Shown here one piece after another: positions 14,615 to 30,567 of a DNA stretch of 64,000 nt. Position 1 is the stretch's first letter. Each line of letters begins with the position of its first letter. Origin of the DNA: Eledone cirrhosa (Eukaryota); contig OZ024743.1 of NCBI GenBank assembly GCA_964016885.1, forward strand, positions 315,022,001 to 315,086,000. The letters are read 5' to 3'. Made by a program: the position numbers and the translations under genes. The notes beneath the pieces are model-generated. The model saw nothing but the letters and a program-made list of their open reading frames with translations. It did no database searches and was not told the DNA's origin.

Positions 14615-14662
<48 letters not shown>

Positions 14663-15076
14663 TGCTACTGTACGTCTGTATACATATATGTATGTACGTA
14701 TACATACATACTTACATTTAAGTAAGTGCCGTACTAAGAATGAGTAATGAATTTCGTTTTCATTTTATTACAACTCATCGTTTTCGGTGCGCCTGCCCGA
14801 TTTAACTCACTCGATATGCAAATTAGGCTGCTCAGCCGTTAATTTTCATAAGGAAAATATATACTTTCGAACGTTCAACTATCTGGCAGATGGGTATACG
14901 GTGCTGATGAAACTAGTACATCGTTCATGTGTCAGTATTGAACAAAAAGGTGACGTGTTTGCCTTAACACCGTGCGGCATGAATTCAGGCTGTTCAGTTT
15001 GTTTACAAACGAACAAACCGGGCGCTATAATAAGCCTCCGCTAAATTGATACGTACATATATATATGTGTACCTGC

Positions 15077-15153
<77 letters not shown>

Positions 15154-15268
15154 TGCTACTGTACGTCTGTATACATATATGTATGTACGTATACATACAT
15201 ACTTACATTTAAGTAAGTGCCGTAGTAAGAGTGAGAAATGAAATTTCGTTTTCATTTTATTACAACTC

Positions 15269-16500
<1,232 letters not shown>

Positions 16501-16763
16501 TTTATACCATAAACGTGGTTCTGTCTTTGCGCGTAATTGTTTTTCACCGCTCCTATTAATGACGTATTATTCGTTTTTTCCCGTTCTTTGCCAGCGAACG
16601 TTTCCACGAACCAAAGTATCGTCTTCCTCTCTTACTCGGTTGCAACGTTTTTTGAAATATCCAGTTCTGCGTTTACAGATTGACATTGTTAGATTCAGAA
16701 GATCCCGTTAAGGGTGAAAGCAACGATTCTTTGCTTAAACTTTAATCTGTTATTTTAATAAAG

Positions 16764-16765
<2 letters not shown>
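16501..16765 (+). mobile_element. 5'-truncated 3' end (pLTR) of Hydra-type PLE family 2
   Basis: Matches ~43988-44252; flanked by (TA)n. Confidence 0.9.
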
Positions 16766-16814
<49 letters not shown>

Positions 16815-16821
16815 TATATTG

Positions 16822-16860
<39 letters not shown>

Positions 16861-16911
16861 GAATATATTGTATATATGTATATATATATATATATATATA
16901 TGAATATATTG

Positions 16912-16959
<48 letters not shown>

Positions 16960-16962
16960 TAT

Positions 16963-16998
<36 letters not shown>

Positions 16999-17161
16999 TA
17001 TATTGTATATATATATATTGTATATATATATATATGAATATATTGTATATATATATATGTATATATATATATATGAATATATTGTATATATATATATATG
17101 TCTATATATATATATGAATATATTGTATATATATATATATGTATATTATATATATGAATAT

Positions 17162-17231
<70 letters not shown>

Positions 17232-17267
17232 TATGTTGTATATATATATATGTATATGAATATGTTG

Positions 17268-17318
<51 letters not shown>

Positions 17319-17328
17319 GAATAAATTG

Positions 17329-17360
<32 letters not shown>

Positions 17361-17381
17361 TATACGTATATGAATAAATTG

Positions 17382-17413
<32 letters not shown>

Positions 17414-17428
17414 TATATGAATATATTG

Positions 17429-17460
<32 letters not shown>

Positions 17461-17510
17461 TATGAATATATTGTATATATATATATGTATATATATATAT
17501 ATGTGAACAT

Positions 17511-17548
<38 letters not shown>

Positions 17549-17678
17549 TATATTGTATATGAATATATTGTATATGAATAAAATATATTGTATATGAATA
17601 AAATTGAAGACTAAAATCCAGAGAGGGCTCGATAAGGAAAACATATATTAAATATATAAGAACCGATATATGAATATA

Positions 17679-17715
<37 letters not shown>

Positions 17716-17722
17716 TATATTG

Positions 17723-17784
<62 letters not shown>

Positions 17785-17828
17785 TATATTGTATATATAT
17801 ATATGTATATATATATATATGTGAACAT

Positions 17829-17872
<44 letters not shown>

Positions 17873-17904
17873 TATATTGTATATGAATATATTGTATATA
17901 TATA

Positions 17905-17940
<36 letters not shown>

Positions 17941-17947
17941 TATATTG

Positions 17948-17995
<48 letters not shown>

Positions 17996-18006
17996 TATAT
18001 TGTATA

Positions 18007-18048
<42 letters not shown>

Positions 18049-18051
18049 TTG

Positions 18052-18083
<32 letters not shown>

Positions 18084-18194
18084 TATGAATATATTGTATA
18101 TATATATATGTGTATATATATATATACATATATTGTATATATATATATGTATATATATATATATGAATATATTGTATATATATATATATGTATA

Positions 18195-18239
<45 letters not shown>

Positions 18240-18262
18240 GTATATATATATATATATGTATA

Positions 18263-18340
<78 letters not shown>

Positions 18341-18345
18341 TAAAT
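16766..18345. repeat. GAATATATTG(TA)n minisatellite containing an inverted family 2 tail fragment (17597-17665)
   Basis: 17597-17665 is the reverse complement of ~44264-44333. Confidence 0.9.
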
Positions 18346-19229
18346 TATTAGTGAGTGTGTCAATATATCTGACTATGCTTCGTCCTTTTACTTCAATTCC
18401 AGACTTATCAGTATATTTTTATAACTACATTATTGTTATTTTTTCGGTGATTGTTTCTTTTACTTTTCTCCAACTATAGTTCCTATAGTCATTTCTAGTT
18501 ACTTCTATTCAATAGCTTAGATATGTTGTATATCCTTAGTACATGAGACAAACATCACAGTAAACACACACCGAAACACACAAGAAACTGCACTCTCTTT
18601 GCCAGTATAACTCAAACGTTGGCTTACTCTCTTTCATCTTATATTTTTATTTCTAATTATCGATTTATTTTAAGTCCTTTAAACTTTTAATCCCTTTATA
18701 CATACAGACATTTTGTTACAAACTTAACTTATGCCATATGTCTCCATTCAGACATCTACAATTACACATCTACAGAGACGACTACACATGTGTAGGTTTC
18801 GATTTAAACGAAATTTTTTGCTTGTCTTCAAGTAAATAAATAAAGATATTTACATGAGAATGCAAGCTTATTGTTTTGCAAATATAGACATATTTTATTC
18901 CGTATGTAAATCATGTATACCTGACCTAGTAAGAAAAGTGAATAAATATGTGTATGTTTGTCTCTCTGCATTTGTGAGTTCGTCTTTTCATTCGAGTGTG
19001 TGAGTATAGATAAATAAACAGAATATATAATTGTGGGGGGGGGGGGGGGGCGTGTGTTTGTGTGTGTGTGCGAAGCATCAGTTTTGAAACCAATGGAAAC
19101 GCAAGAGTTGTCGTTTATTAAATTATGAAATATATTCCAGTGAAGACAATATAATAAAAGTGTCGGCATATATAGCAATTCTATATAGAATACATTATTT
19201 TGTTTTCATCGTTATCACTGAAATCAAAT

Positions 19230-19432
19230 CGTCAAATCGGACCGAGGGTAAAATGTTTTCGTCGGTCTTTCCAGTTACTATTACTATCTATCGGTCGTAA
19301 CTCCAGGTAGAAGGAGCAACGTGAAATAAAGTGTCTTGCTCAAGGACATACCACATCGCCCGGTTAAGGAATCGAACTCACAACCTCAATATTTTCAATC
19401 CAATTCTCTAACCACTCAGCCACACGCCTTCA
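19230..19432 (-). mobile_element. tRNA-derived SINE (family B, central TGTCCTTGAGCAAGACACTT-type domain)
   Basis: Minus strand has A box TGGCTGAGTGG and B box GTTCGATTCC; close copy at 56521-56738. Confidence 0.85.
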
Positions 19433-21824
19433 GGGTTATAACTAAAGGGGCCTTTTATAACGTACGGTATATTTTTAGTATCGTAAACTATATTTTGGTT
19501 GGTATAGTTTAAATCCCTAGCACCTGTGGGTGTCGTAAGTGCATCATATTGAGATACGGCGTTTCGTTGGACATTTTAAAACTCAATGGGGCACATCCTT
19601 TCTCCTGCCATGAGGACTGCAGATTTCTTCTGGAGAAGGATAGAGAGTAAGAGAATGCAATCGAGAAAGATATAGAGATGAAGAATCGGCAGAAATACTA
19701 GACTTGTACTTTAATATCGACCCTGAATGGATGAAAGGCAAAGTTAACCTCAATCTTTATTTTTAATATTTTTATTTTACAGTTGTTTACCATTGCCTTT
19801 CTACGAGACACTTAAAAGAAGGACCATAGTTTACAAGATCAACATTATTACTGCTGTTGTTGTTATTGTTGATGTTACTGACAGCTATATTTTTTATTTT
19901 AATCGACTGACCAAATATGGAAATGAATTACTAATGTGCAGGACTGTCGCTCCAGAATGACTACGCGTAATATCTGAGAAGTATGAGCTGAAAACCAGTG
20001 AGATTATTAATTTTCAGGAAAAATATTAATGGAGAAGAGAATATTGAAAAAAGGGTTGAGTTAATAAGAACCCCCCTTAACAATAAACCAATGAGAATCC
20101 ATGCCATAAGTGATTCGAGCAAGTAAAACGTCCTTGGGTAATTCCCTACGCTAGTTGAGCGGTGAAGAAACGCATGATTCCGGAAGCTGTTATACATGAT
20201 AGGAATTTACATTGCTAATATGTATACAAGTAAAGACCTGTGTGCTGAGTTTGTGTCTGAATATTACAACACAGATGCCATCGAAATACGTATAACAATG
20301 ATTGCGTGATTAATAAAATATAAGGAATTTAAACATACTGTCTTCTAACTCATTATATGCGCACAGACACACACAATTAAACACACTCATATGTATGTTT
20401 GTGCATGTGTATATGTGTGTGTGCATGCGATTATGTGTATATGTGATTGTGTGTCTATATGTATTTATCTATCCCTATATATTCATATGTATTTCTCTTC
20501 TGTAATGAAGTATATAGATAGATGTGAATTCCAGAATGTGTACACATACACAAACTTATACATACTTGCATACATATTATATGTGACATTTTGTGTGTGT
20601 GTAAATAATTACATTTGCGTGTAAGAATATAAAGCTAGACTATTTGACAACTGATTGTATATATACGAGCAAATAACGTGCTCAGTATATAGTGGTTGAT
20701 ATTTGTGTAGGTGAAGGAAATATAACTATGTATGAGCTAAGATTCTTCATGAGAAAAAAAACTGCTGTAAGATGCACAGCTGCATGCGTAATATTGTTTT
20801 TCTTTGCATATAGACTTTTTTTTTTTCTAAATTCAAACGAAAATATATAATCATCAGCAACTGCACGCAATAATACAGCTGAATTGGAATTCGTTAGACA
20901 TACGTTAGTTATAATATATAATTCTAAGTAACAACACAACATGCTGCAATTTTGCAATACGTGGAGTCAGCAACAAGGCGGTAGGCCAGATTCTCTGTAA
21001 GTGTATAAATCAAATTAAAAGTTTAGCTAAGGTGAATAATGCCTTATTTACACGGTAGACTAAAGAATGGAAACTTGAAGGTGAAAAAAAAGGGGAGGAA
21101 AGAAGAGGACGTGAAGACGGTGGGACAAGTGATATTGTTTGGACTGCTCTGAGTGTTGTTTTCGTTTCTCATTTTGAATTGGTCTTGCTGATGCTGACTG
21201 TGGTGTTGGTTGCCTACGTCGTGTCTTTGTTGATGGTGATGATGCTAGATGTTGCTGTTGTTATCATTGTCATTATATAAACAGTGGTGCAAGAGAAAGG
21301 AAGGGGTGGGAAGTTTGGAAGAAGAAGAAGAAGATATACATTATATCAACTAAACCAATGTGAAGACGTCCGAGCAAAAGACGTAAATTTCAAAATAATA
21401 ACAAAACAAAAGCCATAAATCAGAATATAACTTATGACAAAAATGTCTGGAGCTTGCTTGTCTACATTTTATTACGACTTGCGTTTCTTCATTATCCAGG
21501 GTGTGATTTAATATTGCTTCTAGACATGTAATAGTCTTGAAGCAAATGAAATAAAGGGAAATGTACTTAAAAGACGGACAAAATGTAGAAATATCAGCAG
21601 CAGCAAAGAACACTTATAAGGATATATCGATATCTACAAGGTGTACTATATTATAAAACATGTTCCATTGGCTGATTTCGTAGTGGAGAGGTCGTAAATT
21701 ATATATTTGGCTCTGAAAATTGAAGTATTTGAAATGAAATAAATTTAACAAAGGAGACACTCATTTTCATTTATAGACACAAAGGAGACATTTGCTTTTA
21801 TAAACACGCGCACGCTACACACGT

Positions 21825-21907
<83 letters not shown>

Positions 21908-22157
21908 TATACATATGTTTATAGAGAGAGATATATATGTTGATATGCATATATATATAAATGTAATCCAAGTTTTTCGAATATTAATAATAACATTCGA
22001 TTTCTTTCATAAATATACATATATATGTGTGTGTATGTGTGTGTATGTATATACACACACATAGCGTTTGTCAACAGAATTCTAGGAGAAGGAAGACTCT
22101 GATATAACACACGCAATCCTGATGGTATCCAATGATGTTGACGTGTTCTTCTTTTTG

Positions 22158-22451
22158 GTAAATATCATCTTGGTTAAGAGAATAGGACTGGGTTTGTGCA
22201 GTGCCTTTGCTCACTATAAAAGGTTCGCGGCACAGGCATTGCTTTATATCTGGAGATCTCTCTGCACTTGGTCACAGGGTACAATGGGCCCAGCACTATG
22301 TGTAAGTAATTGTCTCAAGTGAAGTGTTTGTACCAGAGTGTTCAAGTCGCTGGCTGGACTAAAAAGTCACACTCGTTCAGCGCATCGGTAGGGGTTCTCC
22401 TACAAGGATATAAAGTAGTGGCCGTACTCGAAAACGAGTTGGCAGCCACCA
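22158..22451 (-). mobile_element. LTR-like repeat, copy 1 (paralog of 50051-50347)
   Basis: ~295-bp similarity to 50051-50347; no TSD evident here. Confidence 0.55.
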
Positions 22452-23470
22452 TATACATATATACATACATACACATATACTTGCATATATAAATCGCATT
22501 ATATATATATATATTATATGTATATATATATATATTATATGTATATATATATATTATATGTATATATATATATTTTATGTATGTATATATATATATATAT
22601 AATAATGATGGCTGCGCGTTGCAGATGGTGGTGCATATGAAAAAGTAAGTTCTTCATCAGTGACCCTCCAACCGTCCCAGGCATTTCATCGCTTTAAGGG
22701 CCATATGCCTCAGGTTGGTGCGAACAACGGCTAAAAAAAGTCGTTGGGACACGTAAACAAAGGGGACGCCAGGGTAACAAACAAAAAGGTTTAAGCAACG
22801 GAAAGTGAGAAGAAATAGACAAGTCCCAGATCTCTATGAATATAAACTCGGTGAAATCGTGAACAAGAGACAAAAGACCATCAAACCTGGTTGAAATGTG
22901 AGCAAGGAAAGAATTTCGCACAGGTCTAACGGGGGGGGGGGGAAGAGAAGAAGAAGAAGAAGAAGAAGAAGAAGATAAAGGGGTCTGGTCTACGAATTCG
23001 GTAAACATAAGTTTTGTGAAGTCGCAGACGAAAGAGAGAGAGAGAAAAAAATTCCATACCAGCTTGGTCAAGACCGCGCGAGAAAAGAATTACACACAGG
23101 TCAAACTTGAAGGAGGAGGAGGAACGAGGAGGAGGAGAGGTAGTGACAGAGAATGAGTGAGTGAAAGTTGAGGAGAAGGCTAACAGAGAGAGAGACTGCT
23201 AGAAAGGGTAAAAGGTACAAAGAACGAGAAAGGTTAAAAGGTACATATACCACTTTATTACGTAAGCAATGCTGGATAATTGAAGATATAGGCATTGAAT
23301 ATATCCAGAGTTATGTCGCCCAGCTACAGCTGGCCAACAGATTTCATTATTGTAGATATTCTTTTTTTAAATTGTTATCTATGTGCTTTATGAACGTGGT
23401 GGTATTTACCTAGCTATCGTCTGACGAATTCATTTGTTGTTATTAAACACTCAATCATATGCCTGTGTAG

Positions 23471-23505
<35 letters not shown>

Positions 23506-23508
<3 letters not shown>

Positions 23509-24310
23509 GTTTCTTGAGTGAGACGGAAGCCGGTCGGAGTATTGCTTAAAGCTTTCTCTGTTATTGTATTAAATATTATACTCTTGATTTGGCCAGGGAT
23601 GAATATTTCCAGATACTTTTTAGGTATGACTTTCCGTATTTATTCTTTGTATGAAATATTGATTGTTCTTCCGGTATCTTATCTCTGTTTTTAGCCTAAG
23701 AAAATACCTATATACGTGTATAAATAATACATGCATATATTTTTTTTTTTTATATCCAATTGAGTTCTCCAAGCATGGTTAAAATTATTGAAAGAATTAA
23801 TTGACCCGCGTGCATATTATTTTATTATTTTATGTTTTGCGATGACCTCCCCTTTCCGCTTGATGGCAGTGTGAGATTTCTCATTGTGAGACTGCTGGAA
23901 ATTCAAATGTGGCGGTCATTCTAGCACGGAGGGGTATCATCGCTGAACATTAATATCGGTAAGGTTTTTTTTATTTTTTTTTTTATATCGATATTTGTCG
24001 AGCATCCACTGATGATTTATAAGTGCCCACCTACATATATTCCTACGGACTATGTGTAGGCTTCTACATAACCTGGACATTATTTTCCCAATTTGTAGAA
24101 AACTTATAATGAAACAATCGTTTGGAAAGAGAGATGTATTTTAATTATGTCTCATATAAAATAATACAACTGGCTATCCGCAAAATACGTATAGTTAGCA
24201 CCCCAAACGTATAATTGGGATTATACTAAGGTATATCCTAATGTTTGTTGAGTGAGACGGAAGCCGGTCGGAGTATTGCTTAAAGCTTTCTCTGTTAATG
24301 TATTAAATAT
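23506..24310 (+). mobile_element. Non-coding ~734-bp unit plus ~70-bp terminal direct repeat with one hammerhead (retrozyme-like), in (TA)n
   Basis: ttgagtgagacggaagccggtcggag at 23514 and 24248; hammerhead at 24005-24126; no ORF. Confidence 0.75.
24005..24126 (+). ncRNA. Type I hammerhead with long branched stem II
   Basis: TCCA-CTGATGA-T-TTATAAGT[two hairpins]ACTTATAA-T-GAA-ACAATCGT-T-TGGA. Confidence 0.75.
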
Positions 24311-24764
24311 ATATATATATATTGTTATGCTTTGGGAGGGTCATGTTGCTAATAAGAAATACACGCACCAATCGCTTTCACTCCAATTTATTATAAATTA
24401 AATTCATAAATTTAAGAATTAATAAATTTCCGGTTGGTTGGTTGGTTCCACAACCGGACGGTTGTTCATATATTGTCAAAGTTATTTCGTCACACATTCT
24501 GTGACCTCTTCAGTGACTGGGGATTCTTTTCTTTGTTTTTGTGCCTCTCCTTTGTTCTGTCCTACGCCATTTTATTTCTGTGTGTGTTGTGTGCTTAGTT
24601 TGCGCATGTGTTACATCCGGGTGTATGTGTGTGTTTATATTTGTTTATTTATTTGTTTATTTATATGTTACTGGTTGGTTGTTAGTTCTATGTGTGTGTG
24701 TGTGATTTCATTTTGTCCTTAATTGTAAGTTGTGATGTTGCTATTCCATTCATGTTTTCTATTT

Positions 24765-26440
24765 CGCAGAATCAGCGAAAGTAACCGTTATAGGGACCTA
24801 ACAAACTGTATAATAGGCAGTATGGATGTTGTGTCCCTATATCCATCCATTGACGTGGATTTTTCTGTGGAGAAATGCGTAGAAATGATCAGTGAGAGCA
24901 ATGGTGTATTCCGTCGGATTGATACCAGTGAGCTGGGACTCCTACTTAAACCTACCTATAGTAATGATTGTCTATATACATATGACCTTAGCAAGACCAG
25001 CAAGAGGCAGACCACTTACCATTACCTCAATGGCCAAGAAATCCCACACAGATAGATGGGACGGGTGGACCAGAGCCATACAAACCCGCGAAAACTACAT
25101 GCGGTGGGAGCCAGTATAAAATTAACCCTGAAGGAACATATGTTCAAATTTCTATGGAAAACATATGCCCAAGAAGGGGGAGCAGCCATTAGTGTTAGCA
25201 TTGCAGGTGACATAGCTAACCTATTCATGGTATGGTGGGACAACAGACTTAAACTTAAAATTAAAGAACAACTAGAAGACCCCTTAACCCTGATAATGTA
25301 CTCCCGCTACGTTGATGATATAAACATCGTAGTTAAAGCACCCCCACTGGAGAACAGTCAGGAATTAGAGAAAAACACAATGGAAAGCATCCAGCAAATA
25401 GCTAATTCCATCCACCAGAGAATAGAGTTACTATAGACTACCCAAGCAAACACCCCAACCATCGATTACCTGTACTAGACACAGAGCTCTGGTTAGAAAC
25501 CATTAATAACAAAAAACAAATCCTCCATTCCCATTATGCCAAACCCATGACTTCCAAATATCTGATCCACCGAAACTCAGCTGTTTCGGACCACACCAAA
25601 ATCAACATACTGATTGACGATTTAGTAGGGGTGATGAGAAACGTGTCCCGCATGTGCAACCCCAAAGAACTAGAGAGACGCATACAACACTTCATACACC
25701 GTATGCAGTTCTCTGGTTACAATCAGAGAGATACAATCAGAGTATATAGAGGAGCCAGAACCAAATGGGAAAAAATGGTAAATAATGATACAAATGGGGC
25801 CTGCCCCATGTATAGGGGCAAATTTTGGAATAGAATAGAAAGAACTAGGAATAAGATTAATAGAATAAACTCATGATATGATAGCAATAAATACCAGAGT
25901 GTAATGTTCATCAATACAACCCCTAGAGGTGAATTAGCTTACAAATTTAGAAGGGCCCTAGATAAACATAAACTCAATATTAAGATAGTAGAAAGACCAG
26001 GTACCTCCATAAAAACACTTATTAGCAATACATACCCTTACCAAAGACCTCCCTGTATAGATAATAAATGTATAATCTGTAAACTAAGCCCCCATATTAA
26101 CTGTAAAACTAAAAATGTAGTATATAGCATAAGATGTACTGAAGGACAATGTAGATATAAGAATATAGTGTACATAGGTGAGACAGATCGTAGTATATGA
26201 GAACGGATAAATGAACACTGGCGAGAGCTTCAAGATAGAAAAGAATCATCTGTACTCCACCAACATGCTTAAATAGAACATGAGGGTACATTAGAGAACA
26301 TAGAAATAAAAATAGAATCTACACACAGAAAAGACGCAATGTCTAGACAAATCACAGAGGCAATAAACATAAATGAACTCCAATTAAAATTAAATAGAAA
26401 ACATGAATGGAATAGCAACATCACAACTTACAATTAAGGA
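24765..26440 (+). pseudogene. Disrupted PLE RT + GIY-YIG coding sequence
   Basis: SMDVVSLYPSI, YSRYVDDI, LPVLD, KPM, NVVYSIRC...VYIGETDRS.*ERINEH, RQITEAINI...LNRKHEW across frameshifts and stops. Confidence 0.85.
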
Positions 26441-26634
26441 CAAAATGAAAACACACACTCATAGAACAAACAATCAACCAGTAACATGTAAATAAACAAA
26501 TAATGAAACAAATATAAACACACACAGACACCCGGATGTAACACATGCGCAAACTAAGCACACGACACACACAAAAACAAGATGACGTAGGACAGAACAA
26601 AGGAGAGGCACAAAAACAAAGAAAAGAATCCCCA

Positions 26635-26677
26635 GTCACTGAAGAGGTCACAGAATGTGTGACGAAAGAACTTTGAC
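26635..26677 (+). ncRNA. Minimal type I hammerhead
   Basis: GTCA-CTGAAGA-G-GTCACA GAATG TGTGAC-GAA-AGAACT-T-TGAC; inverted copy at 24475-24517. Confidence 0.7.
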
Positions 26678-26887
26678 AATATATGAACAACTGTCCGGTT
26701 GTGGAACCAACCAACCGGAAATTTATAAATTCTTAAATTTATAAATTTAATTTATAATAAATTAGAGTGAAAGCGGTTGGTGCGTGTATTTCTTATTGGC
26801 AACATGACCCTCCCAAAGCATAACAATATCGCTTTCAACACACGTTTTCAGATAAAGAATCTCGCTAAACAAATTCAGAAACGAAAT

Positions 26888-26939
<52 letters not shown>

Positions 26940-26940
26940 T

Positions 26941-29030
<2,090 letters not shown>

Positions 29031-29033
<3 letters not shown>

Positions 29034-29401
29034 GATATTAACAAATGGAAACTATATTTATAAAACCATATTTATTTCATTATACATATTTCAAGGACAC
29101 CAAGTTAAATTATGCTGTGCTTTCATCAGATAAAATATAATATAGATCAGTTTTATAAATAAATATTGACATACCCTTAAAAAATGCAACCATGATCTAT
29201 ATTATATTTTATCTGATGAAAGCACACCATAATTTAACTTGATGTCCTTGAAATATGTATAATCAAATAAATATGGTTTTATAAATATAATTTCCATTTG
29301 TTAATATCGTATTTTTACTCGAAATATTTGTTGAGTGCTTTATATCAGTTATAAAAATATTTGCTTGTTGTATCCCAACAATTTAAATAGAACTTTTACA
29401 T
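29031..29401. mobile_element. Hairpin insertion of a family 1-related Hydra pLTR
   Basis: Arms ~29031-29149 and ~29193-29311, tail 29312-29401; hammerheads at 29073-29137 (-) and 29205-29269 (+). Confidence 0.85.
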
Positions 29402-29407
29402 ATATAC

Positions 29408-30443
29408 ATTAGAAAGATCGAGTATCGAAAAATCGGCGCACGAGTTCACGATAAACAAAATTCGAAATGAGCGGCAGAGGGCTCAATAATTCAGATGAAT
29501 CAGAGCTATAACTATCGTTAAAATACCGTCACATATAGAACAAGTCTACAATCAACCATACGATAAAAAATCGATAAAGGAAGATTCGGGACAAACAGAT
29601 AAAAAATATCAATAAAACAATACATCAATAATTTAAATGAATGTAAAATCATACCCGGACCCACTAGAAAGGTGTTAAATCTAGCTTCATGGGTTTCTGT
29701 AAATCCTTAGACTGTACTCTATCAGCTCACATATAAATATAAAAGCCTACTAGACTAAGCGGAACGGAGTTTACTTTCTCAACGAGCTTTTTTCCTAGCG
29801 GAAAAGGGGCTAACTACCAGTGAAAAACGCACATGGCATTAGACAAGGGAGATAACCCCTATATCCGCGAAAACAATTCGAGGGAATGTGGAAATACACA
29901 TATCGAATAAGAGTGCTCAATAGACATGTTAAAATAAAACAAAAGCTATTCATCACTCAATAGAATCGACAAAAAATGAGCAATAAAATTAACTGGTGGA
30001 TAGCTATATCCAGAGCTAAAAATATTAGAAAGATCGAGTATCGAAAAATCGGCGCACGAGTTCACGATAAACAAAATTCGAAATGAGCGGCAGAGGGCTC
30101 AATAATTCAGATGAATCAGAGCTATAACTATCGTTAAAATACCGTCACATATAGAACAAGTCTACAATCAACCATACGATAAAAAATCGATAAAGGAAGA
30201 TTCGGGACAAACAGATAAAAAATATCAATAAAACAATACATCAATAATTTAAATGAATGTAAAATCATACCCGGACCCACTAGAAAGGTGTTAAATCTAG
30301 CTTCATGGGTTTCTGTAAATCCTTAGACTGTACTCTATCAGCTCACATATAAATATAAAAGCCTACTAGAGTAAGCGGAACGGAGTTTACTTTCTCAACG
30401 AGCTTTTTTCCTAGCGGAAAAGGGGCTAACTACCAGTGAAAAA
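29408..30443 (-). repeat. Near-identical 616-bp tandem repeat (~1.7 copies) between (TA)n tracts
   Basis: attagaaagatcgagtatcg at 29408 and 30024; no ORF. Strand inferred from the PLE-type end motif. Confidence 0.9.
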
Positions 30444-30459
30444 AATATATATATATATA

Positions 30460-30567
30460 TTTCGGTTCTGAAAAATATATATATATATATATTTCGGTTC
30501 TGAATTTGTTTAGCAAGATTCTTTATCTGAAATCGTGTGTTGAAACCCATATTGTTATACTTTGGTA
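30460..30567 (-). mobile_element. Tail fragment of the second-clade PLE with duplicated terminus
   Basis: Reverse complement resembles 26813-26887; terminal tttcggttctgaa occurs twice, separated by (TA)n. Confidence 0.8.

Larger units (their letters stand above)
10811..14618 (+). mobile_element. Near full-length Penelope-like retroelement, Hydra-clade type (family 1), inserted in (TA)n
   Basis: Single RT+GIY-YIG ORF, ~1.5-kb AT-rich 3' UTR, 3' pLTR with hammerhead, (TA)n on both sides. Confidence 0.9.
24319..26890 (+). mobile_element. Decayed 5'-truncated PLE of a second clade (possibly Nematis-like) with ~440-bp inverted pLTRs and ~60-bp tail
   Basis: Arms 24319-24764 and 26392-26829, tail 26830-26890; hammerheads at 24475-24517 (-) and 26635-26677 (+). 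Clade assignment is tentative. Confidence 0.85.

Noticed and set aside
22630-22720. CTGATGA and CTGAGGC...GAAA motifs on the minus strand
   Set aside because: The first has no GAAA partner; the second has a broken core and a G at the cleavage position.
25874-26200. In-frame TGA codons in the second-clade PLE as possible selenocysteine readthrough
   Set aside because: The copy also has frameshifts and a TAA stop, so decay is simpler. The Hydra element's stop is TAA, not TGA.
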